Assembly: GCF_009914755.1 (NCBI RefSeq)
Contig: NC_060939.1
Strand: one strand, 5' to 3'
DNA length: 64,000 nucleotides
DNA from: the human T2T-CHM13v2.0 reference genome, Homo sapiens
Shown here: positions 1-13,574 of the stretch, one piece after another
Layout: each line of letters starts with the position of its first letter
How positions within the stretch are numbered: position 1 is the first letter of the stretch
Program-made: the position numbers and the translations under genes
The notes under the pieces: model-generated
Databases searched by the model: none
Told to the model about the DNA's origin: nothing
Seen by the model: the letters and a program-made list of their open reading frames with translations, nothing else

Positions 1-529
1 GATTTTCAATGGGAACGTCTTTCCCATTGAAGACGTGGTTGGGTTTCATTTTTTCACCTTCCCTCCCCCTGTTTCTTTTTATGGGCTGGTTTGGAGTGAT
101 AATTTATTGTTTTAAAAAAGAGTAAACCTATGATATTTCTAAATAGAGACTTTGGAAAAAACCTGACAATTCTGGGAATATATGTGGAATTAATGAAAAG
201 TTTTCCCTAAAGAACAGCCCCCTTTCAAGGCCTGCTGTCTGGGAGCCAAATGGAAGGGAGGGCAGGGCAGGAGAGAGGAAAAGGCATTCCAAAAGCAAAC
301 TCAGGAGCAGACTTTGGTAGAGGAGAAAAGAAATGAATTCATCAATTCTGACCCCTCCCCTCCCCACCTAATCATCATGGCAGGTAGGAACTTCTCCCAT
401 AAGTTTATTGGTGCGTTTGTCTAACTATGTTCTTACTGAGCATCTATACAACCCAGGAACTGGAAGAGAGGAATCAGATACAAAGGCAAAGGAAAAGGCT
501 CTCAAAGCAGCTTATGCTCTATACGCAGG

Positions 530-888
530 TATGGATGGTCCCCAACTTGTGATGGTGCTGCTTACAATTTTTCAGCTTTACTATGGCAAGAGGCATTCAG
601 TAGAAACTATACTTCAAGTACCCATACGACCATCCTGTTTGTGACTTTTGGTATACTATTCAATACATTACTTGAGATTTTCAACGCTTTATTATAAAAT
701 AGGCTTTGTGTTAGATGATTTTGCCCACCTGTAGTCTGATGTCAGTGTTCTGAGCCCATTTAAGGTAGGCTAGGCTAAGCTTGATGTTCAGTAAGTTCCA
801 TATATTAAATGTATGTTTCTGAGGATATTTTCAACTTACAATGGGTTTATCAGGATGAAACCCCATTATAAGTCAAGGAGCCTCTGTA
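530..888 (-). mobile_element. Tigger3a (MER7A-type) TcMar DNA transposon MITE
   Basis: About 360 bp; ends GGATGGTCCCCAACTT... and ...CATTATAAGTCAAGGAGCCTCTG-TA match recalled Tigger3a termini; internal ATTATAAAATAGGCTTTGTGTTAGATGATTTTGCCC. Confidence 0.8.
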
Positions 889-1269
889 CATGGATTTTTT
901 TTTTATCATGAACAAAGCATAGGGGGCAGTGCTGAGTGCGGAAAGTAGTCTTGGCCTCTTGGTCTCTCCATCGAAAGCTGGCACTAGGTGTGCAAGGACC
1001 ACAGTAAATTCTATGCCTGGATATAGACATGTTTGGGAATCCTCCCACTTCTGGGGCAAGCAGAGTCCATTGCAGAGCAAGGTGTTTGGGAGATTCCTCT
1101 CTGACCAGCTCCTGCAGCCTGCCCTCCTCCTCTGGGACGTGCGTCCACGGCTTCAAGGCCCCGCGTGGTGTGGGAGGGGCATGAAGGCATGCGCTCCATT
1201 ATGCTGAGGACAGCGAGTCTGAGGGAAGATGAACTGCTGGCTGAAGAGCTCGGCATGGTAAAAGCACTC

Positions 1270-1410
1270 AACAGGAGGTCAGGACACCTGAGATTTTGTC
1301 CCAGCTCTGTCACTCACAGGGTTGTCACCCTGTCACCAAAAGGAGACAACTCACTCAGTCTCTTGCCTCCGCTTCCTTACCTATAATGTTGGAGGTGGAT
1401 GATATCATCT
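1270..1410 (+). mobile_element. MIR SINE fragment
   Basis: Degenerate MIR core: TCCCAGCTCTGTCACTCAC...CCTCCGCTTCCTTACCTATAATG. Confidence 0.5.
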
Positions 1411-1844
1411 CTGTTTCCTCCTCAGGTTCCCCCAGAACCTGGGTGAACTGTCCTCAGGGGCCCCACCTTGGCCCCCCGCCTGAGGCTCTCAGCCAGCGTG
1501 ACCAGTGTGGCTTCCCAGGAGACCACCCCCAGAGAAGGTAATAAATGCCATGGCTGGGAGAAAAGAGCTGTCCTGTTCCTAAAATGGATGTCCCCATTGT
1601 GAATCACTAAGCTAGGAGTCTTCCTTACATCCTTTATCTGTCTTTTTGAGCCCTGCCAGTTCCGGGTCATGACAAGGCTGAGGGACTATTGCTGGGGTAA
1701 GACCACGCCAGGCCCTCCACAGGTGTCTCCTGACAAGACCTTATTCAGTTCCCTTCCTTCTCTTTGTTACCGAACCCACTTGTCCAGCACTTACTGAGGC
1801 TCTCTTGACCCAGGAGCTTATAGTCTAGTTGGGGACAAAGATGT

Positions 1845-2250
1845 TGCTATGGTTGAACTGTATTTTCCCTAAATTTTTATGTGAAGTCTAACCCCCAGTA
1901 CCTCAGCATGTGACCTTGTCTGGAAATAGGGTCATTGCAGATGGAATTAGTTAAGATGAGGTCGCAAGGGCAGGCCCTAATCCAGTATGACTGGTGTCCT
2001 ATACAAAGGGGTAATTTCCATGCCAAGGCACACTCAGGGACTCTATGTGAAGAGACAGAGAAGACAGCCACCCACACTCCAGGCAGAGAGGCCTGGCGTG
2101 GATCCTTCCGTCAGAGCCCTTAGAAGGAAGCAACCCTGCTGGCACCTTGTTCTCAGACTTCTAGCCTCCAGAACTGTGAGACAGTAGACGTCTATTGTGA
2201 AAGCCACCCACTTTATGGCACTTTGTTTCAGCAGCCCTAGGGAACCAGCA
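1845..2250 (+). mobile_element. MLT1 (MLT1A0/B-type) MaLR solo LTR
   Basis: TGCTATGGTTGAACTG start; GGAAATAGGGTCATTGCAGATG; CAGACTTCTAGCCTCCAGAACTGTGAGA; CAGCAGCCCTAG end. Confidence 0.85.
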
Positions 2251-2985
2251 AAGACGTGTACTTGGCAACTGCCAAGCACAAGGCAAGGCCAAGCCTGACA
2301 GAGGATTCAGCTGGTAAAGAAACAGCTAAGCCTTTTCAGACTCCATTCACCACCTGTGTGGAGTGAGAGGAGGAGGAGCCAAAACTGCAAGGTCCCTGCG
2401 GCCCTTGTGCAGGGTGACACCAGAGTAAAAGGGGCCACATGTCAGAAGCACCAATGACAGGATGCCTATTGTAGAGGAGCCAACGCCCTCTGCAGCTAAG
2501 CAGCTTTATGGCCTGCAGCAGCATCTTGAGGGGTGAGGCAAAAGGCCTCATATCTCATCAGAACCCAAGGAGACGAGCAGCTGTCTCAGGACGGCCTCCT
2601 TGGTATATGTAAGGAAACGAGTGAGAAATGCCCTTGTAGCAGCTCTTTGCAATTGTCCCGTGCTGTTGTGTTCAAGGAGAGCCACAGGCAGGCATTCTGC
2701 CAAGACTGAGATCTGCTGTGGGTCAAGTCTCGGCGCATGCGGATATGGGCAGGGTTTCCAGGGTGCCACAGCACAGCCACTTCCCCAACCACCGCACTTA
2801 CAAGGAGAAGACAGTATGTGTCGGGATTAGGAGCCCAGCCTCCCAGCGCACAGAAGCTCGGCGCAGTAGGACGGTGGAGCAGAGGGCTTGAAGGAGGCAG
2901 CTTCAAAGGAGTAATCATAGATTAGTTGTGGGCTATCCAAGAATGAGCTTCCTGTTTTTAGGAAATAACCTTTTTAAAAATTCTT

Positions 2986-3915
<930 letters not shown>

Positions 3916-4009
3916 TGTATAAAGAAGACAATAACCATCACCTAAAGTCACACCAACCAAAGTTAACCAACCAACACTTTTTAATTACCAGATAGCCATT
4001 TTTTCTTGC

Positions 4010-4620
4010 AAAGTTTATGAAGTTGAGATTATATTGAATATATAATTTTAAGTTTATATAGATTTTTTTCCATATCATTAAACATCTTAATCAACATCGT
4101 TTTTAAGTAGGTGCCTGATTTTCATTGTTTGGGTAATCTGTAAATCATATACCATCTCTACGGTACTGGGCATGTAGGTTGCTTTGGCAATAATGAATAA
4201 CAGTGTGATTAACATCTGTGCTCATATGTCTTTGTCTGCATTTCTGATTATTTCTTTAGAAGATTCCTGGAAGAGGAATTACTGGGTAAAGTGTATGAAT
4301 ATTTTAAGGCTTTCCGGAATGCACTCCTATCAACAGCGTGGGCTCTGTGCTTTTCTCCCTGCACCCTTACCAGCCTTGAGTAGTGTCCTAGTCTTAATTT
4401 TGCACGATGCAGTAGGGGAAATAGTATATTATTGTCATTATTTGCCTTTCTGTGATCACTGGTAAAGCTGATCATTTACCCACATGTTGTGAGCCATTTT
4501 TATTCCCTTATCTGTGAACTGTCTGTTCATGTCCCTACCCAGTTTCCTACGTTGATATTTTAGTGTTTTTCTTGTCAAAGTAGAAACCCTTTAAAGACTG
4601 AGACCACTAACTGCTTCTCT
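4010..4620 (-). mobile_element. Old L1ME fragment
   Basis: Degenerate antisense ORF2 3' end/UTR (GGAATTACTGGGTAAAGTGTATGAATATTT; TCTGTGAACTGTCTGTTCATGTCC). Confidence 0.55.
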
Positions 4621-5004
4621 ACCACATTTGTGATTCCCATTCCCAGCTGGCTTTTAATTTTGTGGTTTTTAAAAAAACTTGCATTTACCATTCATCCATC
4701 TAGTTGGAATTGTTTCCTTTGCTTTCGTTGTTTATGCTCCCATGTCTTGTAGCTCAGGGTGGGATATTATAGGTGGAGTCAGCCATGTGAGCTACAGCCT
4801 GGAATCTGGAAGGAGATGTTAAGGTGAAGAGAGAGGGGCTGAGGGCACGGGCTTCTGTTGGGAAGTAGGAAGGAGACTTGGCGAGATGTGTGAGGAGGGG
4901 ACTGAATCATCGGAGCTGTTCCTACGGGTGGGGAACAGGCACTGTGTGATGGATGGGCAGGTAGGGCACACAGGCTCTAGAGCTCAGCTATTCATTGCTT
5001 CACC

Positions 5005-5320
5005 ATTGACCACTTGAAATGTGCCTAGCCTCAGCTGAGATGTGCTGTGGGGAGAAAGCACATGCAGATCTCAAAGACTTAATATGGGAAAAAAAAAAGA
5101 ATATCCAATTTTTTTTATATTAATTGCATGCTGAGATGACATGTTCGCTATATTGAGTTAAATGGAATATATTTCTAAAGTTAATTTCACCTGTTTTATT
5201 TTCCTTTTATGTATTTATTTTTACAGAACAGTATGAATATAACTCTTTTACTTTTTTAACGTGGCTACTCAAAAATTTTAAATTCCGTGTGTGGCTCACA
5301 TTCTTTTTCTATTAGCACCT
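5005..5320 (+). mobile_element. MER33 (hAT-Charlie MITE)
   Basis: CACTTGAAATGTG...TGAGATGTGCTG...GTTAATTTCACCTG...GTGGCTCACATT match recalled MER33; strand relative to consensus uncertain. Confidence 0.75.
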
Positions 5321-5389
5321 CTGCAATAAAGTCAGAGAGCAGCCTTCAAGGGCAGCCCCTGCTGTTGACCAGCTGAGGACCCTGATGGT

Positions 5390-5575
5390 GGGGTGTCTAC
5401 ACTCTGGCAGACACTGTGCTAGATGCTTGGGTCTGCGTGTCTTCATGAGATAACTCACAATAACCCTGTGAGTCAGGTCACATGATACCCATTTTACAGA
5501 TGAGGGAACTGAGGGTGAGATCTTAAATCACGTGAACAAAACCACATTGCTAGTGAGTAGCAGGACCAGGACTTC
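5390..5575 (-). mobile_element. MIR SINE
   Basis: CCCCATTTTACAGATGAGGGAACTGAGG core. Confidence 0.8.
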
Positions 5576-5599
5576 TGATTTGGGTCTTGTGCTGTTTCT

Positions 5600-6160
5600 A
5601 GCCCATGATGGGGAAGTCACTTAATCTCTCTGAACCTCAGTTTCCGCATCGTTAAAATGTGGGTATCACAGGTTGGGTCGTCTAGGAAGCAGACACTGGG
5701 ATGGAGATTAGCATGTGGGAAGTTTATTACGGCATGCTCTGCAGATCCACACTGCGGGGGCAAGACAAGGAAGCAGGGCTGGGCAGAGGGAGAAGCTGGG
5801 CTACCAGACAGGCAACAAGGACTCAGCTGACCCCACGGGGAGCTCTGGGGCTAGGATGGCCCTTCACAGTGGCCCAGACTGGGGTGAGAAGGCCAGGCCT
5901 TATGGACCCACATCAACCAGTCATTCCCTGGATGTTGCTTCCCTGGGGGAGGGACATGACCTGGAATGAGATGTCTTACTTCAGCCAAGAAAGGAAAATG
6001 CACTGAGAGCTGTCAGGGAACAACCTTCCCAGCAGCTGGGGAGAAAATCAAGCAATCTTGAAGGAGGATTTAGGCAGCAGGGCACAGCGTCCATGACAAT
6101 GGCTAACAATAATAAATAACTGCATTACAGGGCTATATAAGGATCAAATGAGGATATATA
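5600..6160 (+). mobile_element. MIR split by an LTR16 insertion
   Basis: AAGTCACTTAATCTCTCTGAACCTCAGTTTCC (5600-5663) resumes at about 6100 as ...CAGGGCTATATAAGGATCAAATGAG. Confidence 0.6.
5664..6098 (-). mobile_element. LTR16-family ERVL solo LTR
   Basis: CAGGTTGGGTC..AGGAAGCAGACACTG..GGAAGTTTATT..GGAAGCAGGGCTGGGCAGAGGGAGAAG pattern. Confidence 0.7.
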
Positions 6161-6891
6161 TTAAGGAAATATATAATGCAGAATATATATCATATATAGT
6201 ACATCCTTTTATATATATGAGGCTCTCTATATAACTCCTCGATACAAGGATCAAATGAAGATATAAAATAAGGAAGTCTCTTATCAAAATATTACTATTA
6301 TTATCTTGTGTATAATAGTGAGCTATTATATCCGTCATGTATAATAGTGAGCTGCCAGTTGTTTGTAAGAAAGGTGACATGATGATGAGATTAATGCTCC
6401 AAGAAAGAACAAGCTGACACTGGTATGAGATGGTTTCTAAATTATACATAGAAAGTAAAAAGACCTCATCGTGGGCAGGTGAGGTTCTGAGGTGATAAAA
6501 ACCTGGGCCTAGGTCATGGCCTAGGAAATGAACGAGGAGAGAGGATGTAGAAGCTGCTTTAAGGGTAGAATTAGCAAAAATCAATGACTAGTTATCTAGA
6601 GGAAACGAGTTTGAAGCCTGAGATTTCAAATTTGGGTGGCAGGAAGTTAGAAGTGCCATGATGAAGGCAGGAAACGTGCAGGAAGGAAAAGGTTTTTAAA
6701 AGGGTAACAAATTATATTGTTGTGAGCAGCTTTGAAAAGTCTCACTGTTGACTCTCAGAATGTGAGTGGAAGCAGTTGACAAAAGGAAGCATGTCCTTCA
6801 GAGGAAAAGTACCCTCTCACCAAATTTACTGCTAAAAAGCACCACTCAAAACAGCCAGAAAATACTCTTTTAAGAGTAATTTTCTCAATTA

Positions 6892-9800
6892 CAATTAGCC
6901 CTTCAATAACACAGGTTTGAACTGCATGGCTCCACTTAGACAAAGATTTTCTTCTGCCTCTGCCAACCCTAAGACAGCAAGACCAACCTCTCCTCGTTGT
7001 CTTCCTCCTCAGCCTAGTCAATGTGAAAACAACAGAGATGGAGACCTTTATGGTGATTCACTTGCACTTAATGAATAGTAAATATATTCTCTCTTATGAT
7101 TTTAATTTCCAACTTTCATTTTAAGTTCAGGGGTAAATGTGTAGGATGTGGGGGTTTGTTACATAGGTAAAAGTGTGCCATGATGGTTTGCTGCACAGAT
7201 CATCCCATCATCCAGGTATTAAGCCCAGCATTCATTAGCTATTCTTCCTGGTCCTCTCCCTTCTCCCACCTCCCACCCTCTGACAGGCCCCAGTGTATGT
7301 TGTTCCCCACCCCATGTGTCCATGTGTTCTCATCATTAGGCTCCTACTTACAGGTAAGAACATGCCATATTTGGTTTTCTGTTCCTGTGTTAGTTTGCTA
7401 AGGATAATGGCCTCCAGCTCCATCCATGTCCTTGCAAAGGACATAATCTCGTTCCTTTTATGGCTGCATAGTATTCCGTGGTGTACATGTACCACATTTT
7501 CTTTATCCAGTTTATCATTGATGGACATTTAAATTGATTCCATGTCTTTGCTATTGTGAATAGTGCTGTGATGAACCTACGCATGCATGTATCTTTATAA
7601 TAGAATGCTTTATATTCCTCTGGGTATATATCCAGTAATGGGATTGCTGTGTCTAATGGTATTTCTGCCTCTAGGTCTTTGAGAAATCACCACAGTCTTC
7701 CACAATGGTTGAACTAATTTACACTCCCACCAACAGTGTAAGAGTTCCTTTTTCTCCACAACCTCACCAGCATCTACTGTGTTTTTCACTTTTCAATAAT
7801 AGCCATTCTGACTGGTGTGAGATGGCATCCCATTGTGGTTTTGATTTGCATTTCTCTAATGATCAGTGATGTTGAGCATTTTTTCATATATTTTTGGCCA
7901 CAAGTGTGCCTTTTTTGAGAAGTGTCTGTTCATGTTCTTTGCATACTTTTTAATGGGGTTGTTTTTTTCTTGTAAATTTGTTTAAGTTCCTTATAGATGC
8001 TAGATATTACAACTTTGTCAGATGCATAGATTGCAAAAATTTTCTCCCATTCTGTAGGTTGTCTGCTTACTCTGTTGATAGTTTCTTTTGCTGTGGAGAA
8101 GATCTGTGATTAGACCCCATTTGTCAATTTTCGCTTTGTTGCGATTGCTTTTGGCATCTTCGTCATGAAATCTTTGCCCGTGCCTATGTCCTGAATGGTA
8201 TTGCCAAGATTTTCGTCTCTAGGGTTTTTATAGTTTGGGTTTTACATTTAAGTCTTTAATCCATCCTGAGTTGATTTTTGTATATGGTGTAAGGATGGGG
8301 TCCACTTTCAATTTTCTGTATATGGCTAGCCAATTCTCCCAGCACCATTTATTAAATAGGGAATCCTTTCCCCATTGCTTGCTTTTGTCAGGTTTGTTGA
8401 AGCTCAAATAGTTGTAGCTGCGCAGTCTTATTTCTGGGTTCTCTATTCTATTCCTTTGGTCTTTGTATCTGTTCTTGTACCAGTACCATGCTGTTTTGGT
8501 TACTGTATCCCTAAAGTACAGTTTGAAGTCGGTAACATGATGCCTGCAACTTTATTCTTTTTGCTTAGGATTGCCTTGTCTCTTCAGGCTCTTTTTTGGT
8601 TCCACATGGATTTTATAATTTTTTTTTCTAATTCTGTGAAGAATGTCAATGATAGTTTAATGGTAATAGCAAAGAATCTATAAATTGCCTTGGGCAGTAT
8701 GGCCATTTTCATGATATTGATTCTTCCTATCCATAAGCATGGAATGTTTTTCCATTTGTTTGTGTCATCTCTGATTTCTTTGAGCAGTTTGTAGTTCTCT
8801 TTCAAGAGATCCTTCACTTCCCTCATTAGCTGTATTCCTAGGTATTTTATTCTTTTTGTGGCAGTTGTGAAAGGGACTTTATTCATGATTTGGCTCTTGG
8901 CTGGCCTGTTGTTGCCGTATAGGAATGCTAGCCATTTTTTCACATTGATTTTGTATCCTGAGACTTTGCTGAAGTTGGTTACCAGCTTAAGAATTGGGTT
9001 GAGACAGTAGGGCTTTCTAGGTATAGGATCATGTCATCTGCAAACAAAGATAGTTTGACTTCCTTTCTTCCTAGTTGAATACGCTTTATTTCTTTCTCTT
9101 GCCTGATTGTCCTGGCCAGAACTTCCAATACTATGTTGAATAGGACTGGTAAGAGGACAATTGTGTCTTGTGTTAGTTTTCAGGGGGAATGCTTCCAGAT
9201 TTTGCCCATGCAGTATGATATTGGTTGTGGGTTTATCATAAATGGCTCTTAATATTTTGAGGTATGTTCCTTCAATACCTAGTTTATTGAGAGTTTTTAA
9301 CATGAAGGGATGTTGAATTTTACCAAGGCCTTTACTTTGTTCATTGAGATAATCATGTGGTTTTTGTCTTTAGTTTTTTATGTGATGAATCACATTTATT
9401 GATTTGAATATGTTGAACCAGCATTGCATCCAGAGATGAAGCCTACTTGATCATGGCGGATAAGCTTTTTGATGTGCTGCTGGATTTGGTTTGCCAGTAT
9501 TTTGCTGAGGAGTTTTACACTGATGTTCATAAAGGATATTGGACTGAAGTTTTTTCTTTTTCTTTTTTTTTTTTTTTTTTTGTTGTTGTTGTATCTCTGC
9601 CAGGTTTTAGTATCAGGATAATGCTGGCCTCACAGAATGAGTTAGGAAGGCATTCCTCCTTTTCAGTTTTTCAGAATAGTTTCAGTAGGAATGGTACCAG
9701 CTCTTCTTTATACCTCTGGAAGTGTTCAGCTATAAATCCATCTGGTCGTGGGCTTTTCTTGGTTTGTAGGTTATTACCGCCTCAATGTCAGAACTCATTA

Positions 9801-10169
9801 TTGGTCTATTCAGGGATTCAATTTCTTCCTGGTTCGGTCTTGGGAGGGTGTATGTGTCCAGGAGTTTATCCATTTCTTCTAGATTTTCTAGTTTATGTGC
9901 ATAGAGGTGTTTACAGTATTCTCTGATGGTTGTTTGTATGATTTTCTTAGAAACATTGTCTTTTCTCTAGCTTACTTTATTATGACTACAATATATAATA
10001 TATATTATATACAAAATATGTGTTAATCAACTATGTTATCAGTAAAGCTTCTGGTCAACAGTAGGCTATTTGTAGTTAAGTTTTTGAGAGTAAAAAGTTT
10101 TATGCAGAATTTTGACGGTACAGGGGGTCAGTCAGTACCCTAATCTTCATGTTGTTCAAGGGTCAACTG
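6892..10169 (+). mobile_element. Tigger2a DNA transposon, split in two (6892-7103 and 9937-10169) by an L1
   Basis: 5' CAATTAGCCCTTCAATAACACAGGTTTGAACTGC and 3' GTTGTTCAAGGGTCAACTG-TA termini; the sequence is continuous across the L1. Confidence 0.88.
7104..9936 (-). mobile_element. 5'-truncated L1PA (L1PA10-13 type), about 2.8 kb
   Basis: Antisense 3' UTR and ORF2 fragments (ORFs 8584-8943, 9034-9303); TSD TATGATTTT at 7095-7103 and 9937-9945. Confidence 0.92.
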
Positions 10170-10959
10170 TAATTCGTATCTTGCCTTTTTTCAGAAAGAA
10201 TTTAGGTTGACTCACAAAAATAGGTAAAATATATCAAAGGAATATAAATCAGTAGTAGGCAAGAAAGAAGAGACAAAAGGAAAATGAGATGGAAACATAA
10301 ACAGAGCCAGGAATGAGGCCTATACAAAAACGCATGTCAAGAAATTCCGTGCCCTTGCTAAGGGTTGACTCTAAACCTTTCGGTGCCTGAAAACGAAAAG
10401 ATGTTTAAAAAAAGTGTTAAGTCAGAGAAAGGCCATGGGAAGGAGTTGGGATGAGTGTGGAAGGAGCCAGAGAATACAGAGAAAAGAGGTATAGATTCAT
10501 GATAGGCTTTTACTAATGCCGAATCACCTTCAGATGAGGGTGCTATGATATTGTGATCTCAGTATATGGGAAACGTAAACTTTACCACGTTTAGAGAGTG
10601 ATGTATTAAGTTGGCTAAAAGTACTAAGATTAATAATATCTGACATTTATACAGAGTCTGGAGGACACATTGCACAGTGAAATGCACTACTACAAATAGC
10701 ACGAAGCTCTCTGGGCACCAAGGTGCCAAGACTGCCAGGGTGGGAAGCCAGAATATCACTGTGGCCTACACATATGGGCTCAAGACGGACTGGAAGCTAC
10801 TGATTCAAATGCAGATTGATTGTACAATGAGACTAAGCTCCCACTCCTCACCGAGGAGAACATCATTTGGATTTTCAGGCTCTGGCACAGTATGTAATTT
10901 AGACCAACCTCCCAGCAAAGATAATTTAAAGAAGGACAACACAATCACGTTTAATGTGG

Positions 10960-11585
10960 AGGACAAAATAATTGTCTATGTTGAAAATCAACAATGGAAT
11001 CTACAAATGCTACTAGACCTAATAAGTGAGTTTTGCAAGGTTGCAGGATAAAAGATCAATATGCAAAACCAGCTGTATCTCTATACACAAGCTATAATCA
11101 GAACTTATAATTTAAAAACTATCATTTACAATAGCATGAAAAATCAAAATACTTAGAGATAAATTTCAAAAATTATGTGAAATACCTATACACCAGAAGA
11201 CACAAAATATTGCTGAGAGAAATTAAAGATCTAAGTAAATGGAGAGGTATATCATGTTCATGGGTCAAAAGGCCTAATATTGTTAAGATGTCAATTCTCC
11301 TCGAAATGATATAGATTCAAAGCAATCCCAGTTAAATTCCCACATGGCTTTTTTTAAAAAATTACAAGTTGATTCTAAAGAATCTAGAATAAAACAAATC
11401 TGAAAAAGAACATAGTTAAAGGAACTGCCTGACTTCAAAGGTAATTTAGGGAGTGATGGATATGTTCATTATTTTCATGGTTTCAGGGGCATGTACATAT
11501 ATCAAAACTTACCCAGGTGTACACTTTAAATATGTGCAGTTTATTCCATGACAATTACATCTCCATCAAGCTGTGTTTTAAAAAT
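10960..11585 (+). mobile_element. Old L1M fragment (ORF2 piece joined to an L1MD-type 3' end)
   Basis: ATTGTCTATGTTGAAAATC...CTAATAAGTGAGTTTTGCAAGGTTGCAGGATA; 3' GTGATGGATATGTTCATTAT...TACACTTTAAATATGTGCAGTTTATT. Confidence 0.75.
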
Positions 11586-12003
11586 GTTAAGAGAGTGAAA
11601 GAAAAAAAAAAGAGGGAGAAAACATTGCCTTGGTATCAGACCTTGCCAGAGTGTGTAGGCTCAGTTTTTAAACAACCATAGACAATAAAGCTGAATTCAT
11701 GTGTTAAAACTAGGTCTTGGCTCTCTGTAGATCTCTTTCTAAAATCTTTCAAAACCAACAGAACAGAGCACCCTTGGGCAAAGACAGAAAGAAATTCAGT
11801 GTTCTCTTCCTCTTATAACTAAGAGCTGTGGTATTATTTCAAAGAATCAGTGTTAGGAATATTCTATACACTTACTGCAGATACCTCCTTTTTGCCATTT
11901 TCATTCCTCCATTCGTTTGATGCATGTTAGTTGAGTGTCTAGTGCCTGTGAGGCCTTATAATAGTCCAAATGGGGACACAGGCAAGAACAAAACAGGCAT
12001 AAT

Positions 12004-12271
12004 CAAGGTTGAGTTTTAATTTGTGTGGGTCCTAAGCCCTTTAGCCTGTTTGGGTCCCTTCCTTTATTTAAAAAACAAATAGATTTATATTTTAAGACTG
12101 TGTTGGTATAAAGACAAATATAATCCAGGCTGGATTTACTCTCTATTATTATTATATTCTTTTTGTAACTGATTTTTTTTAACAATTGAAATGAAAACAT
12201 TTTTGTGCACCCCAAAAAGAATGATGGCCCAAGGCACTGTGCCTACTCTGCTAATGAGTAAGCTGGCCCCA
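12004..12271 (-). mobile_element. ORSL-like hAT-Tip100 MITE
   Basis: GGCACTGTGCCTACTCTGCTAATGAGTAAGCTGGCCC end and GTATAAAGACAAATATAATCCAGGCTGGATT core. Confidence 0.65.
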
Positions 12272-12554
12272 GGAATAGTTCCTGCCTCACAGAGTCTGCT
12301 GTCTAGTAGAAAAGGCAATCTTTCAACAGATACTCATGGTAATAACCAATAAATTACAGATACTCTAGGCAAAGGACCAAACAAACAGAAGAGGAAAAGA
12401 GCTTAAAAGGCCAGTGGTTGCAGCCCAACAATCAAAAGGGTGCTCCACGAGACTAGAGAGATAAACTAAAGTTGAATTACGAAGGATTGGGGTCTTTTAT
12501 CTTAGGACTGGTAAGAAGCCACCAAAGTCCATGAAAGGACACAATTATCGGTGT

Positions 12555-13570
12555 GAAAAGGCAAACCACACAACCAGAGAAATTATTTGCAAATTATATA
12601 TCTGACAACGAGTTAATATCTAAAATCTATAAAGAACTCCTACAACTCAACAACAATAATGATTTTAAAATTGACAAAGAACCTAAATAGATATTTCTTC
12701 AAAAATATATAAATATCCAATAAACAAAGGTAAAGATGTTCAACATTACCAATCACTAGGGAAATGGAAATCAAAATCACAATGAGATACCACTTTACGG
12801 CACAATCACCTTTAAGGTGGAGGACAAAACGATTGTCTATGTTGAAAATCAACAATGGAATCTACAAATGCTGCAACCCATAAGGATAGCTACTATCAAA
12901 ACAGAAAATAACAAATGTTGGCAAGGGTGTGGAGAAACTGGAATTTGTGTGCACTGTTGGTGAGAATGTAAAACGGTACAATTGATATATAAAACAGTAT
13001 GGCAGTTCTCCAGAAGAGTAAAAATAGAATTATCACATAATCCTGCAATTCCATTTCTGGGTATATATGAAATAGAATTGAAAGGAGGGTTCTCAAAGAG
13101 TCACTTGTATACCATGTTTATAGCAGCATTATTCACAACAGCCAAAAGGTAGAAGCAACCCAAGTGTTCATTTACAGGTGAGTGGATGAAACGTATTTTA
13201 TGCATACAGTGGAATATTATGCAGCCTTTAAAAGGAAGGAAATTCTGACACATGCTACAACATGGATGACCTTGAGGACATAATAGTAAGTGAACTAAGA
13301 CGGTCATAAAAGACAAATACTGTAAGATTCTACTTATATGAGATACTTATAGTAGTCAATTCATAGAGAGAGAAAGTAGAATGGTGGTTGCCAGGAGCTG
13401 GAGGGAGAGAGAATGGGGAGTTTTTGTTAAATGAGTAAAGAGTTTCAGTTGTGCAAGGTGAGAAAGGTCTGGAGATTTGTTGCACAAAAGTGTGAAAATA
13501 GTCAATACTACTAAACTGTATACTTAAAAATGGTTAGGATAGTAAATTTAATGTTATGTAAAATAAATAA
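12555..13570 (+). mobile_element. L1MB 3' fragment carrying a foreign 72-bp insert at 12801-12872
   Basis: ORF2 C-terminal region and L1MB 3' UTR (GAAAGTAGAATGGTGGTTGCCAGG...CTTAAAAATGGTTAGGATAGTAAATTT). Confidence 0.85.
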
Positions 13571-13574
13571 GGCC

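Noticed and set aside
2730-2745. NRF1-like GCGCATGCG motif
   Set aside because: Partial match only, with no surrounding CpG island.
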